Assembly: GCA_963762385.1 (NCBI GenBank) | Contig: CAVXKN010000005.1 | Span: forward strand, 62,245 to 126,244 | Source of the DNA: an uncultured Acidobacteriota bacterium | Lineage (GTDB): Bacteria; Acidobacteriota; Terriglobia; Terriglobales; Acidobacteriaceae | DNA: 64,000 nucleotides | Direction of reading: 5' to 3' | Part shown: positions 26,451 through 36,469 of the stretch, piece after piece | Layout of the letters: every line of letters begins with the position of its first letter | Position numbering within the stretch: position 1 is the first letter of the stretch | Translations under genes and position numbers: made by a program | The notes under the pieces: generated by a model | Seen by the model: the letters and a program-made list of their open reading frames with translations, nothing else | Database searches by the model: none | What the model was told of the DNA's origin: nothing

Positions 26451-26978
26451 TCAGCTGGCGGCAGTAAGTGCGGCACGGCGCTGTTTTCTCGATATCAGGA
26501 CTCCTGCAAACACGGCCAGCCCACACAGCATCGAGTAGAACAACGGGCTTCCACCTTCGGAAACGGCCAGATACTTAAAGTCTCCCTGGTGCTTCGCATT
26601 CTCGATCCAGCCGCTGGCCTGAAACTGATTCGCGGCAGGATTGAATAGAACGGAATACCAGATCGTGTCTTTGCCTTTCTGCGTGGACCAAACGAGCAGC
26701 CAGTCCTTACCTTCGCGAATCCCTTTCACCGAGTTGGGATCACTTGCCTTTACGTCCCCGAAGACGCTGCTCATAAAAGAAACGGAAATTTTGGAAAACT
26801 CATCCGTCTTGCTATTGAACGAAAACGTTCCCGCTACCGTATCGCCCGGAGAAAATCCCGTGAGACTTGCGGAGAAACTGTCCTTGGAGTTCGCGGACGC
26901 GCTTAGCGACGCAGCCAGGAGGAAGATCAAGAAACTGCCAGCGAGCTTACAACTTTGTTTCATCACATTCACCCGCAT
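26451..26978 (-). CDS. small secreted protein with a PEP-CTERM-like (VSEGG variant) C-terminal sorting signal; paralogue of 9125-9649
   Basis: ANSKDSFSASLTGFSPGDTVAGTFSFNSKTDEFSKISVSFMSSVFGDVKASD aligns with ANSNDSFQNANLTGVYHGGDVSGTFDFNSSTHQFSDISVSFVSSVFGDVNVSD. The C-terminus is VSEGGSPLFYSMLCGLAVFAGVLISRKQRR. The start may be the second ATG (26963, MKQSCKL). Confidence 0.75.
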   Translation of the reverse strand: MRVNVMKQSCKLAGSFLIFLLAASLSASANSKDSFSASLTGFSPGDTVAGTFSFNSKTDEFSKISVSFMSSVFGDVKASDPNSVKGIREGKDWLLVWSTQKGKDTIWYSVLFNPAANQFQASGWIENAKHQGDFKYLAVSEGGSPLFYSMLCGLAVFAGVLISRKQRRAALTAAS

Positions 26979-26997
26979 ACTGCAAATCTAATTATCA

Positions 26998-27070
26998 GCG
27001 AGTCTATGCTCGCCGAGTGCGTTGTCAAGACTGATAATTGTTGCAACCGGTTGCAATCTTTTGCAACATG
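26998..27070 (-). promoter_or_regulatory. second copy of the TTGCA-x3/palindrome promoter module (palindrome 27041-27056; -35 is rc of 27023-27028; -10 TAGACT is rc of 27001-27006)
   Basis: The reverse complement reads CATGTTGCAAAAGATTGCAACCGGTTGCAACAATTATCAGTCTTGACAAC-N15-TAGACTCGC, almost identical to 9021-9093. Confidence 0.55.
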
Positions 27071-27465
27071 CCAGATGTGCTAGGAAATAATGGGTGTGCT
27101 GTAAATTTCGCCGAGCAACACCGTTCTGTCCCCGGGCGGCTTCGGTGAAAAGCTTTTCTGCGTTGACCGAGCAAACAGCTAATTGTTCCCCTGGGCAATG
27201 GGAAAATCTTTTCACTGTGAAGACGCTTTCAGTCTTGTTCTTCCTTCCTTAGCATCAATGGATAATCCGTAACACGATGAAGGTTACTATCGTGCTAGAG
27301 AAAGTTTCGAGAGGCATCTTCTCGAACAGCTCATGCCGAGAGCTAACTGCTTTCGCTGGCGCGAGTTCTGATGTTGCGGCGCTGCGGGAAGTAACCCCTT
27401 CGTTGCCAGCCATCCCGTGACTGGCAGTGGCATCGCGATTGCCCTCATACCTGCGAGAACCATAA

Positions 27466-28461
27466 GTGGAGGGGCTCCTGTTTACATTATTGCCATCGCC
27501 GCAGTCACGCTGGAAATTGTTCATGACTGGCTGGGGCGTGCAAGCTTTCTCGCTGGTAGGTCTTCTTATTGTAAGTGCCCGATTCCACCAGGATATTTTC
27601 GTGCCCAAAGATTATCGAGTGACCAACCTCGTGTCGTATGAACCGCTGGTAATCCACCAGCCGCAGCCTGTTATCCCACGCGTACCGGCGCGGTTCGTGC
27701 CGCCTGCGGAGAGCAAGCCGTCGCTCGAGAGCAAACCGGCTGTGGCTGCACTTGTCGTCACTCCGCAGACCCGCGTCGTACCCGAGCGCAAACTGCAGGA
27801 ACCTGATCGCCCCGCGCCGGAGCTGAAACTCGCCAGCAAGATGCCCGAGATTCCCGCTGCATCGGCGTCGAAGATCGTGGCCGTGGGCACTTTTTCCGTC
27901 AGCAAACCGGTGACGGAAGTGGCCAGTAAATCTGCCGCCGCAGTGCAAACCGGCGGCTTCAGTGACCCGAACGGTGTGCCTGCGTCCGAGCATCGCGGGG
28001 CCACCAACATTGCCAACATCCGCGCGGCCGGCTCGTTTGACTTAGCCACTGGATCGGGCCATGGCAATGGGACCGGAAGCACAAGCTCGACTGTGGTGGC
28101 GAGCTCTGGATTCGGCAACGGAGCGATCGTTGATCTCAACAGCGCTGGCATGTATTCCAAAACCGGATCGCACCAGCCCAGCAACGGAGCCAATGCACCC
28201 GTCGAAATCACCTTCAAACCCAAGCCCGATTACACGGATGAGGGACGGAAGCAAAAGATTAACGGAGAAGTTCGCCTGGAAGTGCTGTTCAGATCCGACG
28301 GGCGAGTCCACGTGATACGGGTGGTGCAAGGGTTGGGGTACGGACTGGACGAACAGGCGGTAAAGGCTGCCGAGCAAATCAAGTTCAAGCCGGCTTTGCA
28401 TGAAGGCCAGCCCATTGATTCGATGGCTCAAGTCCACATCATTTTCGAACTTATTTCATGA
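27466..28461 (+). CDS. energy transducer TonB family protein
   Basis: N-terminal TM segment, a Pro-rich linker, and a C-terminal TonB_C domain (PKPDYTDEGRKQKINGEVRLEVLFRSDGRVHVIRVVQGLGYGLDEQAVKAAEQIKFKPA). Confidence 0.8.
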   Translation: MEGLLFTLLPSPQSRWKLFMTGWGVQAFSLVGLLIVSARFHQDIFVPKDYRVTNLVSYEPLVIHQPQPVIPRVPARFVPPAESKPSLESKPAVAALVVTPQTRVVPERKLQEPDRPAPELKLASKMPEIPAASASKIVAVGTFSVSKPVTEVASKSAAAVQTGGFSDPNGVPASEHRGATNIANIRAAGSFDLATGSGHGNGTGSTSSTVVASSGFGNGAIVDLNSAGMYSKTGSHQPSNGANAPVEITFKPKPDYTDEGRKQKINGEVRLEVLFRSDGRVHVIRVVQGLGYGLDEQAVKAAEQIKFKPALHEGQPIDSMAQVHIIFELIS

Positions 28462-30128
28462 GGAGCGCTATGCGCAATTTCAGAACCATCGTTGTCTTGC
28501 TGCTTGTATCCGCGACGGCAGGGTTTGCGGCCGATAACCCGAAAGCTTCGTCGCCGTCCCTCTCCTTCGACCAAACTGTCGACCGGGTGGTAGAGCGCGA
28601 ACGCGGGTTTGTCGCGACCGTGAAGCGTATGCACCCTCTGGCCGAAACTTATATCCAGAACCTCCACGAAGACAGCGACCATAATGTCGAGCCGGCTAGC
28701 GATCAGTATTTCCTGGGGCGGCTTGACCTGAATAATGGGATCAGCGATTCCGTGTTCGAGCGGCAGCGCGAGGGATTTCTGCATCACGTTTTGAATCCCA
28801 TCTCTTCTGCTCTGGAGTACAAGTTTTTGCCGCAGGGTTTCGCGCAGATGGTGGTGCTCGATGGCAACTTCCAGAAAAATAATTATCACTTCACTTTTGT
28901 GCGCCGTGAGTTTCTTGGCGAAACGCGCTGCATTGTGATTGATGTCCAACCTGGGAAAAAAGCGAAAGCCGGGTTGTTTACCGGGAGAATCTGGGTTGAA
29001 GATCGCGACTTCAATATTGTCCGCTTCAACGGGACCTATTCCGATCATTCAAAGTACACGCATTATCTGCACTTCGACAGCTGGCGTTTTAATCTGCAAG
29101 CTGATGTGTGGCTGCCTTCCTACATCTACGTGGAAGAGTCTGGCGCAAAACGCGGCAGCCCAGTGTTCCACGATTTGTATCTCAAGGCGCAGACTCGTCT
29201 GTGGGGCTACGATCCAGAGCAACTGAGTCGCAACGAGGAGTTTACCCAAATTAAAGTTGACAACTCGGTGGACGACCGTCCCGTCGCCAAAGACAATGGC
29301 CCCGTCGAGGCGCAGCGTATGTGGGAACGGATGGCGGAAGACAATGCGTTAGACCATTTGCAGAAGATCGGTCTGCTTGCGCCCGCGGGCGATGTGGACA
29401 AAATCCTGCAGACCGTTGTCGATAACCTCATCATCACCAACAAGCTGCAAATCGAGCCCGATGTGCGCTGCCGCGTACTGCTGACGCTGCCGCTGGAGTC
29501 TTTCACCGTAGGGCATACGATTGTAGTCAGCCGCGGTTTGCTGGATGTGCTGCCGGATGAAGCTTCTTTGGCGATGATCCTCGCCCACGAACTCGGCCAC
29601 ATTGTTTTGGGTGATCACGTCGATACCCAGCTTGCCTTCACCGACCGCTTCTTTTTTGCCGATGCAACTGCCTTCCAACATCTGCATTTTGAGCGGGACG
29701 CTGCAGACGAGCAGGCTGCCGACAACAAAGCGATAGAGTTGCTGGGGAACTCGCCCTACAAGGACAAGCTCAGCAACGCAGGACTGTTCCTCAAGGCATT
29801 GCACGATCATTCATCCGTTCTCACCAGCTTGATTAGCCCGCGGCTGGGCACCAAAATGACGAGCAGGAACGCCACCCGAATGGCGGCACTTTTCACCTCA
29901 GCTCCAGCTTTGGAAAAGCAGCGCCTCGATCAGATTGCCGCTCTTCCCATCGGGAGCCGGGTCAAATTGGATCCGTGGAGCAATCAACTCACGATGATGA
30001 ATGCCAAGCCAGTTGCTCTTTTGTATCCAAGGGAGAAGATGCCGTTCGAGGTCACGCCATTTTTCCCCTATCTAAGCTACAGCCAGGCTGACAGAAAACT
30101 TGTGGCCCAGGGTGCGCTAAATCCCTAA
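28458..30128 (+). CDS. M48-family zinc metallopeptidase, secreted
   Basis: Signal peptide and HExxH in ILAHELGHIVLGDH. The start overlaps the TonB stop (ATGA). Confidence 0.78.
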   Translation: MRSAMRNFRTIVVLLLVSATAGFAADNPKASSPSLSFDQTVDRVVERERGFVATVKRMHPLAETYIQNLHEDSDHNVEPASDQYFLGRLDLNNGISDSVFERQREGFLHHVLNPISSALEYKFLPQGFAQMVVLDGNFQKNNYHFTFVRREFLGETRCIVIDVQPGKKAKAGLFTGRIWVEDRDFNIVRFNGTYSDHSKYTHYLHFDSWRFNLQADVWLPSYIYVEESGAKRGSPVFHDLYLKAQTRLWGYDPEQLSRNEEFTQIKVDNSVDDRPVAKDNGPVEAQRMWERMAEDNALDHLQKIGLLAPAGDVDKILQTVVDNLIITNKLQIEPDVRCRVLLTLPLESFTVGHTIVVSRGLLDVLPDEASLAMILAHELGHIVLGDHVDTQLAFTDRFFFADATAFQHLHFERDAADEQAADNKAIELLGNSPYKDKLSNAGLFLKALHDHSSVLTSLISPRLGTKMTSRNATRMAALFTSAPALEKQRLDQIAALPIGSRVKLDPWSNQLTMMNAKPVALLYPREKMPFEVTPFFPYLSYSQADRKLVAQGALNP

Positions 30129-30215
30129 GCCAATTTTCGGACAATGTTGGCCGTCCGTCGGCCGTTGGAATCAAAACCTCTCCCCAAACTCGCACCGCCG
30201 CTCAGAAAGGACGTA

Positions 30216-30857
30216 ATGAGGAATACAATGAGGACGATTGGGAAGATCTATTTTCTCGTATTCGCGATGGTAGCGCCCGCTCTGGCGCAAAACCAGCTGC
30301 AGTCGGCGCCATCGCCTGCGGTTGCTGGGCCAGCCTTCGATTTGAGCGCCGGCTATAGCCGCATCTCGATGCCGATTCCTTCTGCCGGGCATGCGGATTT
30401 CAACGGTTTGGACTTTAGTGGAAACATCGGTCTGAACCAGCGCTGGGGTGCGACGCTCGACTCCAATTATCTTTATACGCCCGACGTCCTCAGCACCCAC
30501 CACCAGGGCTATGTCTTGAGCCTCCACACGGGTCCGGTGTTTTATCCGATTACGCACGGAAATACTCGCGTGTTCGTCCGCGGGCTGGCCGGGATGGGCC
30601 TGGTCGACGGCGCAGTGCCAATTACCGAAACCCGGAACTATCATGGCTGGTTGGTGCGTCCGTCCTACGCGCTTGGGGCGGGAGTTGAACAATCCGTTTC
30701 GCCACAATTAGCTCTCCGCATCAACGGAGATTACCTGCGCACATCGTTTTACGATTCTACGGGCGTGGTGCAACCCCAAGACAGTCTTCGCTTAACCGTG
30801 GCCTTTGTCTTTCGCCTGAAACAGCGGCCACATAGATCCAGCGCGCAACTATGGTGA
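30216..30857 (+). CDS. outer-membrane beta-barrel protein (OmpA_membrane/porin-like)
   Basis: Signal peptide IYFLVFAMVAPALAQ, alternating beta-strand pattern, C-terminal ...LRLTVAFVFRL. The start could be 30216 or 30228. Confidence 0.6.
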   Translation: MRNTMRTIGKIYFLVFAMVAPALAQNQLQSAPSPAVAGPAFDLSAGYSRISMPIPSAGHADFNGLDFSGNIGLNQRWGATLDSNYLYTPDVLSTHHQGYVLSLHTGPVFYPITHGNTRVFVRGLAGMGLVDGAVPITETRNYHGWLVRPSYALGAGVEQSVSPQLALRINGDYLRTSFYDSTGVVQPQDSLRLTVAFVFRLKQRPHRSSAQLW

Positions 30858-31204
30858 TGCAGTTGGTTGCTGATCCGCGCTTTCTGTTTCCATCACGCTC
30901 GCGTGAATACCACAAAAGTCTCGATCCGTGGAATGTCATTCGCAGCCAGGGCTCTTTAGATACGGACGATAAGACCAAGCCGGACGAGCTTGCCGCCGAG
31001 GTCGCGAAGTGCGATACCGCCCTCGTGCTACCGCATAACTCCAACTAGTATTCAGCAGCACGCCCGGGGCTTCGTGGCGAGCATTGGAGGGCCTTGCCGT
31101 CTCTCTGTAGACGCGACTACGAGCCATTGTCGCCGTCCCGGCTGGCTCGGATTTACGAGGCAATATACACGCATGGCTTCCGCATGAGTGGCCTCGAGGC
31201 TTTC

Positions 31205-31612
31205 TCACCAAATCGTGTGAAGAGCCCGCGACCGCCGGATCTCTCGGTCCGCGGTAAGCAGAGATAATCCCTCGATTAAGGCGGTGGCTCCGATAATTCG
31301 ATCTGCAGGGTCCTTGGGATAGGTTTGCGGAAGTCCGAGAGCGCGAACGCATGTGCTGGCGCTGATTGGCAGAACAATGAACCGCGCCTCGACTTCGCGC
31401 AAAAAGGATTCGAGGCTGACATCAAGGCGGATGCGCCCTTTACTTGTGAGCGTTGTTAATTCCAGGAGGGTGATGTCGGAGATTGCGAGTCCATCGCCGT
31501 TCCCGCGGGCATGGTTGATGGCCGCGCGCGCGTTCTTGGAAAGCTGAGTTTGGTCAAATGCCAGCCACACCACAACATGGGTGTCGACGAGAATCACTTG
31601 AGTTCTCCCCAA
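31205..31612 (-). CDS. vapC: type II toxin, PIN-domain VapC
   Basis: ILVDTHVVVW...ISDITLLEL...DPADRIIGATA...LLTADREI carries the PIN acidic residues. It overlaps the upstream antitoxin gene. Confidence 0.85.
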   Translation of the reverse strand: MGRTQVILVDTHVVVWLAFDQTQLSKNARAAINHARGNGDGLAISDITLLELTTLTSKGRIRLDVSLESFLREVEARFIVLPISASTCVRALGLPQTYPKDPADRIIGATALIEGLSLLTADREIRRSRALHTIW

Positions 31613-31827
31613 TTTTCGTCCGAGAGGGCTGGAGAAACGATATCGCCGACGATCGCGCCCTTGCCGGCTAGGAAATTGTAAATGTCGTCTGTGTTTCTGT
31701 CGGCGGGAACGAGCTTCGCCACCGGCTTGCCGTGTTTCGTGATCACTACGGTCTCGCGCTTCGCTTTGACTTCATCCATCACGGCGAGGCAATGTATTTT
31801 GAACGACCCTGCGGCCATTTTTCTCAT
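31594..31827 (-). CDS. type II antitoxin, Phd/YefM family
   Basis: FKIHCLAVMDEVKAKRETVVITKHGKPVAKLVP is the typical Phd/YefM N-terminus. 77 aa, overlapping vapC by 19 nt. Confidence 0.8.
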   Translation of the reverse strand: MRKMAAGSFKIHCLAVMDEVKAKRETVVITKHGKPVAKLVPADRNTDDIYNFLAGKGAIVGDIVSPALSDENWGELK

Positions 31828-31888
31828 TTCCAGAATCCTCGATCATAGTCATAATACCATAGTCGTATTAGCTAATGTGAGCGCCGGA

Positions 31889-33355
31889 CTATGCAGTTTC
31901 CAGTCGTGTGCCTTGCTCGACGATTAACCGCAGCAAAGCCTCGATCTCCGCCTCGGATGTGGTTGGGTTCATGCACGTCAGCTTGAGGCATTGCCGGTCA
32001 TGCACGCGTGTGTGCCCGATGACAGCGACTCCGCGCTCCAACAGACGTTGTCGCAAAGCAACATTCAAACCATCCCCATCGACCTTCGAACCGGAGGGGC
32101 GATAGCGGAACACCACACAACCGTACTCTGGCTCGAGAAGCAACTCCAGCGCAGGATGGGAATGAATGAGCCGGGCAGCGTGTGCCGCAAGCTCGATCGT
32201 GCGGTCCACCATTTGCCCAAGCTTCTCCCTCCCCAAAACTTGAAAAGAGAACCAAAGCTTCAGGGCATCGAAGCGCCGTGTGGTCGACAGCGATTTGCTC
32301 ACTAGATTTGGGACGCCCGCTTCTTCATCGGTCGCCGGATTAAGATAGTCCGCATGGATTCTGAGAGTCCGCAACTGCCCGGCATCCCGAACCAGGAGCG
32401 CCGCGCAACTAATGCATTGCCAAAACTCCTTGTGAAAATCCATGCCGATCGAGTCCGCACGTTCCAGCCCGCGCAGTTGCCCGCGGTGCAGATCAGAAAG
32501 CAGCAGAGCGGAGCCGTACGCTGCATCCACGTGTAGCCAGGCTCCAGCTTGTTGCGCCAGGGCAGAAATTTCTGGCAACGGATCGATCGAACCGAAATCG
32601 GTCGTGCCTGCCGTTGCCACGACTGCCGCAGGAATCAATGCTCTTTCTTCTAACTGCGCCAACGCTCGCTCCAGGGCCTCCGGGAGCATACGAAAAGATT
32701 GGTCAACCGGCACGCGGATGACGGCTCGCGTCCCCAGGCCGAGTTGGTACGCCGACTTCTCGACGGTGAAATGTGCGGCTTCCGAACAAAGAAAGCGAAG
32801 CCGGGACGCATCCGCGGGCAGGCCGTCTCGTTGCACGTGCCAGTTCCAGCGCGAATTGATGCACGCATCACGCGCCAGCAGCAACGCCATGAAGTTCGAC
32901 TGCGTTCCGCCTGCGGTGAAGGTCGCATCCGATCCCGGCGGCAGCCCCGCTTCGTGACACAACCATCGCGTGACCGCCAGTTCCAGCATGGTGGCGGCCG
33001 GAGCCTGATCGAACGAGTCCATCGACTGATTCAAAGCGGAGATAGCGACCTCAGCCGCTAACGAAGTAATAAGAGGCGGGCAGTGCAGATGGGCGATGGT
33101 GTTGGGATCCGAAAGGGCGACCGAATGCGCAATGATCGTTCGGACTTTTCCCAGAACCTCATCGATTGGAAATCCGCGTTGTGGCAGGATTTCGCCGTCA
33201 AGCAGCGCAGCCAGTTCTGCAGGGCTCTTTCCGCTGTAGGCCTGAGTTGGAAATACGTCTAGCAGAGCTTCCACGGCTTTCGCAATGTTCTCGCGATAAG
33301 CCGCCGAGCTCTTCGGTGTGAGGAATTCCTCGGCGAACCTCGTTGCCTGGCTCAT
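31889..33355 (-). CDS. pyridoxal-phosphate-dependent decarboxylase (group II, diaminobutyrate/aromatic amino acid decarboxylase-like)
   Basis: TAGGTQSNFMALLLARD, WLHVDAAYGSALL, and DFHKEFWQCISCAALLV with the PLP lysine. Confidence 0.82.
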   Translation of the reverse strand: MSQATRFAEEFLTPKSSAAYRENIAKAVEALLDVFPTQAYSGKSPAELAALLDGEILPQRGFPIDEVLGKVRTIIAHSVALSDPNTIAHLHCPPLITSLAAEVAISALNQSMDSFDQAPAATMLELAVTRWLCHEAGLPPGSDATFTAGGTQSNFMALLLARDACINSRWNWHVQRDGLPADASRLRFLCSEAAHFTVEKSAYQLGLGTRAVIRVPVDQSFRMLPEALERALAQLEERALIPAAVVATAGTTDFGSIDPLPEISALAQQAGAWLHVDAAYGSALLLSDLHRGQLRGLERADSIGMDFHKEFWQCISCAALLVRDAGQLRTLRIHADYLNPATDEEAGVPNLVSKSLSTTRRFDALKLWFSFQVLGREKLGQMVDRTIELAAHAARLIHSHPALELLLEPEYGCVVFRYRPSGSKVDGDGLNVALRQRLLERGVAVIGHTRVHDRQCLKLTCMNPTTSEAEIEALLRLIVEQGTRLETA

Positions 33356-33524
33356 CCGAGAATCATAGCCGTAGGGATGTGAAACCGCATTTTAGGGTAG
33401 GCGTTGGGCATGAACGTACGATAAGTAACCTGCACATCAGCCGATTGAGGCCCGACATCGCGCTCAATCCCGTGTTATACTCCCGCACCGTTGTGCAGAT
33501 TCGTATGTCCAGATTCGCCCAACC

Positions 33525-35138
33525 GTGGAGAAACCTGCAGCGCCTTTGACGAATCTACCCGAGATGTTCAACGTCGCCACCTATTTCGTGGATCGCAACG
33601 TCCACGAAGGACGCGGGGAAAAGATTGCGATTGAGTGCGGCGACGAACAGGTGAGCTACCAGCAACTGCTGGAGCGGACGAACCGCGTCGGCAATGCGCT
33701 GCGCCAACTGGGCGTACGCCCCGAAGAGCGAGTCGTCCTTTTGCTGTTGGACACTCCGGAGTTTCTATATTCATTCTTTGGAGCTATCAAGATCGGCGCG
33801 GTAGCCGTGCCCGCAAACACTCTTCTAAAACCGCACGAGTACGAATATCTTCTTAGCGACACGCGAGCGCGCGTTGCATTGGTGAGCGAAGCGTTGCTTC
33901 CGCATCTGCAATCCATCCCGCGAGAACGGCTTCAATATCTAACGGAAGTTGTGGTGGTTGGTGGAACGAACTCGCGCTATCGTTGCCTCGAGGAATTGAT
34001 GGATGCGGCGTCTCCGCAACTCGAAGCGGAATCCACCAGCAAGGATGAAGCAGCTTTCTGGCTTTACTCGTCGGGAAGCACTGGCGCTCCCAAAGGCTGC
34101 GTGCACTTGCATCACGATATGGTGGTGTGTTCCGAGCTGTACGCCAGGAACATTCTGCACATGAATGAACGCGACCGCTGCTATAGTGTGGCGCGATTAT
34201 TCTTTGCCTACGGCTTAGGGAATGCCGGTTATTTTCCGTTGGGCTGCGGGGCAACGACCATTCTCTCGCCAGCGCGTCCGACGCCGGCGACGATTTACGC
34301 CGACATCGATCGCTACCGGCCGACGTTATTTTTCTCAGTGCCCTCAAATTATGCCGCGTTGCTTGCGCATCAGCACGAAGATCGAAAAGAGTTCGACCTT
34401 TCCAGCGTTCGTCACGCTATCTCGGCCGGCGAGTCCCTGCCTGTCCCGCTGTTCGAACGCTTCAAACAGCGCTTTGGCGTCGAGATCCTGGATTCGCTGG
34501 GCTCGACGGAAACTTTGCAGATGGTAATCGCGAACCGTCCCGGCGAAGTGAAGCCCGGATCGAGCGGTAAGATCATTCCCGGATACGAAGCCAGGATTGT
34601 CGATGACCATGGGCGATTGGTAGCTCCGGGAGAAATCGGCAATCTCTTGATCAAAGGGGATTCCACCTGCGCCGGTTATTGGAATCAGCATGAGAAGACC
34701 AAGGAGACCTTTGAGGGTCACTGGTTCCGCACCGGAGACAAATATTACCAGGATGAAGAAGGCTACTTCTGGTACGCCGGGCGCGCCAATGATCTATTTA
34801 AAGTCAATGGCCGCTGGTTGAGTCCGGCTGAGGTCGAGAGCGCATTGATCGCGCATCCAGCAATTCAGGAAGCTGCGGTCATCGCTCGCGACGATGAGAG
34901 TGGACTCACGAAGTCGGCAGCGTACGTGGTCATAAACGACGAGTTCAGAGCGAGCCAGCAACTGACGCGGGAATTGCAAGACTGGGTGGCTCAAAGGATC
35001 GGAGCATATAAACGTCCCCGATGGATTGAGTTTCTGCCCGAACTCCCCAAAACAGCTACGGGCAAACTGCAGCGCTACAAGCTGCGCGAACTGCAAGCGC
35101 GAACTCAGAGCCCGCCGCCAAATCGCTCTGAAACGTGA
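33525..35138 (+). CDS. AMP-forming aryl/acyl-CoA ligase, benzoate-CoA ligase family
   Basis: FWLYSSGSTGAPKGCVH (AMP-binding motif), GDKYYQDEEGYFWYAGRANDLFKVNGRWLSPAEVE, and PKTATGKLQRYKLR. Confidence 0.85.
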   Translation: MEKPAAPLTNLPEMFNVATYFVDRNVHEGRGEKIAIECGDEQVSYQQLLERTNRVGNALRQLGVRPEERVVLLLLDTPEFLYSFFGAIKIGAVAVPANTLLKPHEYEYLLSDTRARVALVSEALLPHLQSIPRERLQYLTEVVVVGGTNSRYRCLEELMDAASPQLEAESTSKDEAAFWLYSSGSTGAPKGCVHLHHDMVVCSELYARNILHMNERDRCYSVARLFFAYGLGNAGYFPLGCGATTILSPARPTPATIYADIDRYRPTLFFSVPSNYAALLAHQHEDRKEFDLSSVRHAISAGESLPVPLFERFKQRFGVEILDSLGSTETLQMVIANRPGEVKPGSSGKIIPGYEARIVDDHGRLVAPGEIGNLLIKGDSTCAGYWNQHEKTKETFEGHWFRTGDKYYQDEEGYFWYAGRANDLFKVNGRWLSPAEVESALIAHPAIQEAAVIARDDESGLTKSAAYVVINDEFRASQQLTRELQDWVAQRIGAYKRPRWIEFLPELPKTATGKLQRYKLRELQARTQSPPPNRSET

Positions 35139-35325
35139 ACTGAAAAGCGGGACTCATAAATCTGAGGCCCGCAACTGCTGGTGTAATCGCATTCCAGAAG
35201 GGCGCTTGGTTGCCGACGAATTCGTTGTCGGCTAGGCGGACATTCAGAATCGACCCGTTTGACACTCCCTGCGACGGCTCCTATACTTGCTCGGCGCCGC
35301 GAAACCCGCGTCTGGAGAGACTTCT

Positions 35326-36432
35326 ATGCTGAAACGTTCGCTGGCTGTTTTCCTGATCGTCGCCTCCGCAACCCTTGGCTTTGCGCAAGATCATTGGAAA
35401 TCACATCAACCGAAACTCACTCCGCAAAAGAGCGGCACTACGCAGTTGCTCATTGCGGTCAGTCCCGTGGACTCCCGTGTGGTTTGGGCGGCTGGTACTG
35501 GCGGGACCTACACGGTTACAACCGACGGCGGGAATACATGGAAAGCGGGTGTCGTGCCCGGAGCCGAACATCTGCAATTTCGCGATGTGCAGGGCGTAAG
35601 CGATAAGGTCGCGTATTTAATGTCCATCGGAAACTACACCCGGAGTTTTCGTATCTACAAAACGGTCGATGGCGGCGCGACCTGGACGATCGAGTTCAAG
35701 AACGAACTTGAAAATGCTTTCTATGATTGTTTCGCCTTCTGGACTCCAGACCGGGGCGTTGCGCAGAGCGACTCAGTGAATGGAGTATTCCCCGATATTC
35801 GTACGACCGATGGAACGACGTGGCAGAGCATCAGCGGCAATATGCCGCCGGCGTTGTCGGGGGAAGCCTCGTTCGCGGCCAGTGGAACCTGCATCACTAC
35901 CCAGGGTGAAAACAATGCCTGGATTGCCACCGGCGGCGCGACCATCGCAAGGGTCCTCGCCACGACCGATGGGGGCGACACCTGGAACGCGTATGACACT
36001 CCGCTGGTCAGTTCGTCCACTGCGGGCGCGATCACCGTGGCCTTCCGTGATTCGCAGAACGGTATTGTAGGGGGCGGTGACCTGGCCTCAAACAGTAGCG
36101 CGGACATGGCTACGTCGCACGATGGCGGCAAAACCTGGCAACTGACCAACACGCCCCCCGTAAGCGGAGCCATTTTCTGTCTGAGTTATGTGCAGGGCAT
36201 GGGCCACGGCCACGTTAAAGAAGGACACGGCCGCGGGAATCGCGCGGTTGTAATCACCGCCGAGACGGAACCAGACTTCAACTCAGGATCAGGGGCCTGG
36301 ACTCCCGATGAAGGACGCACCTGGTTCAATCTGCCCAAAGAAGTGAGCGGCTACTGGGCTGTCGCTTTTGCCAGTCCGCAAGCTGGATGGTTTGTCGGCA
36401 ACGGAGGCAAGATCCTCAAGATCAGCTTCTAA
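35326..36432 (+). CDS. secreted BNR/Ycf48-like beta-propeller protein
   Basis: Signal peptide and five xxDGGxTW-type repeats (TTDGGNTWKA, TVDGGATWT, TTDGGDTWNA, SHDGGKTWQ, TPDEGRTWF). Confidence 0.75.
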   Translation: MLKRSLAVFLIVASATLGFAQDHWKSHQPKLTPQKSGTTQLLIAVSPVDSRVVWAAGTGGTYTVTTDGGNTWKAGVVPGAEHLQFRDVQGVSDKVAYLMSIGNYTRSFRIYKTVDGGATWTIEFKNELENAFYDCFAFWTPDRGVAQSDSVNGVFPDIRTTDGTTWQSISGNMPPALSGEASFAASGTCITTQGENNAWIATGGATIARVLATTDGGDTWNAYDTPLVSSSTAGAITVAFRDSQNGIVGGGDLASNSSADMATSHDGGKTWQLTNTPPVSGAIFCLSYVQGMGHGHVKEGHGRGNRAVVITAETEPDFNSGSGAWTPDEGRTWFNLPKEVSGYWAVAFASPQAGWFVGNGGKILKISF

Positions 36433-36469
36433 CCAAAATCCGACGAACCGCACCGTGTCTTGGCGCGCT

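Noticed and set aside
27255-27608. 117-aa minus-strand ORF and a 48-codon plus-strand ORF upstream of tonB.
   Set aside because: There is no SD, no recognisable domain, and it overlaps the TonB N-terminus. It is treated as a non-coding leader region.
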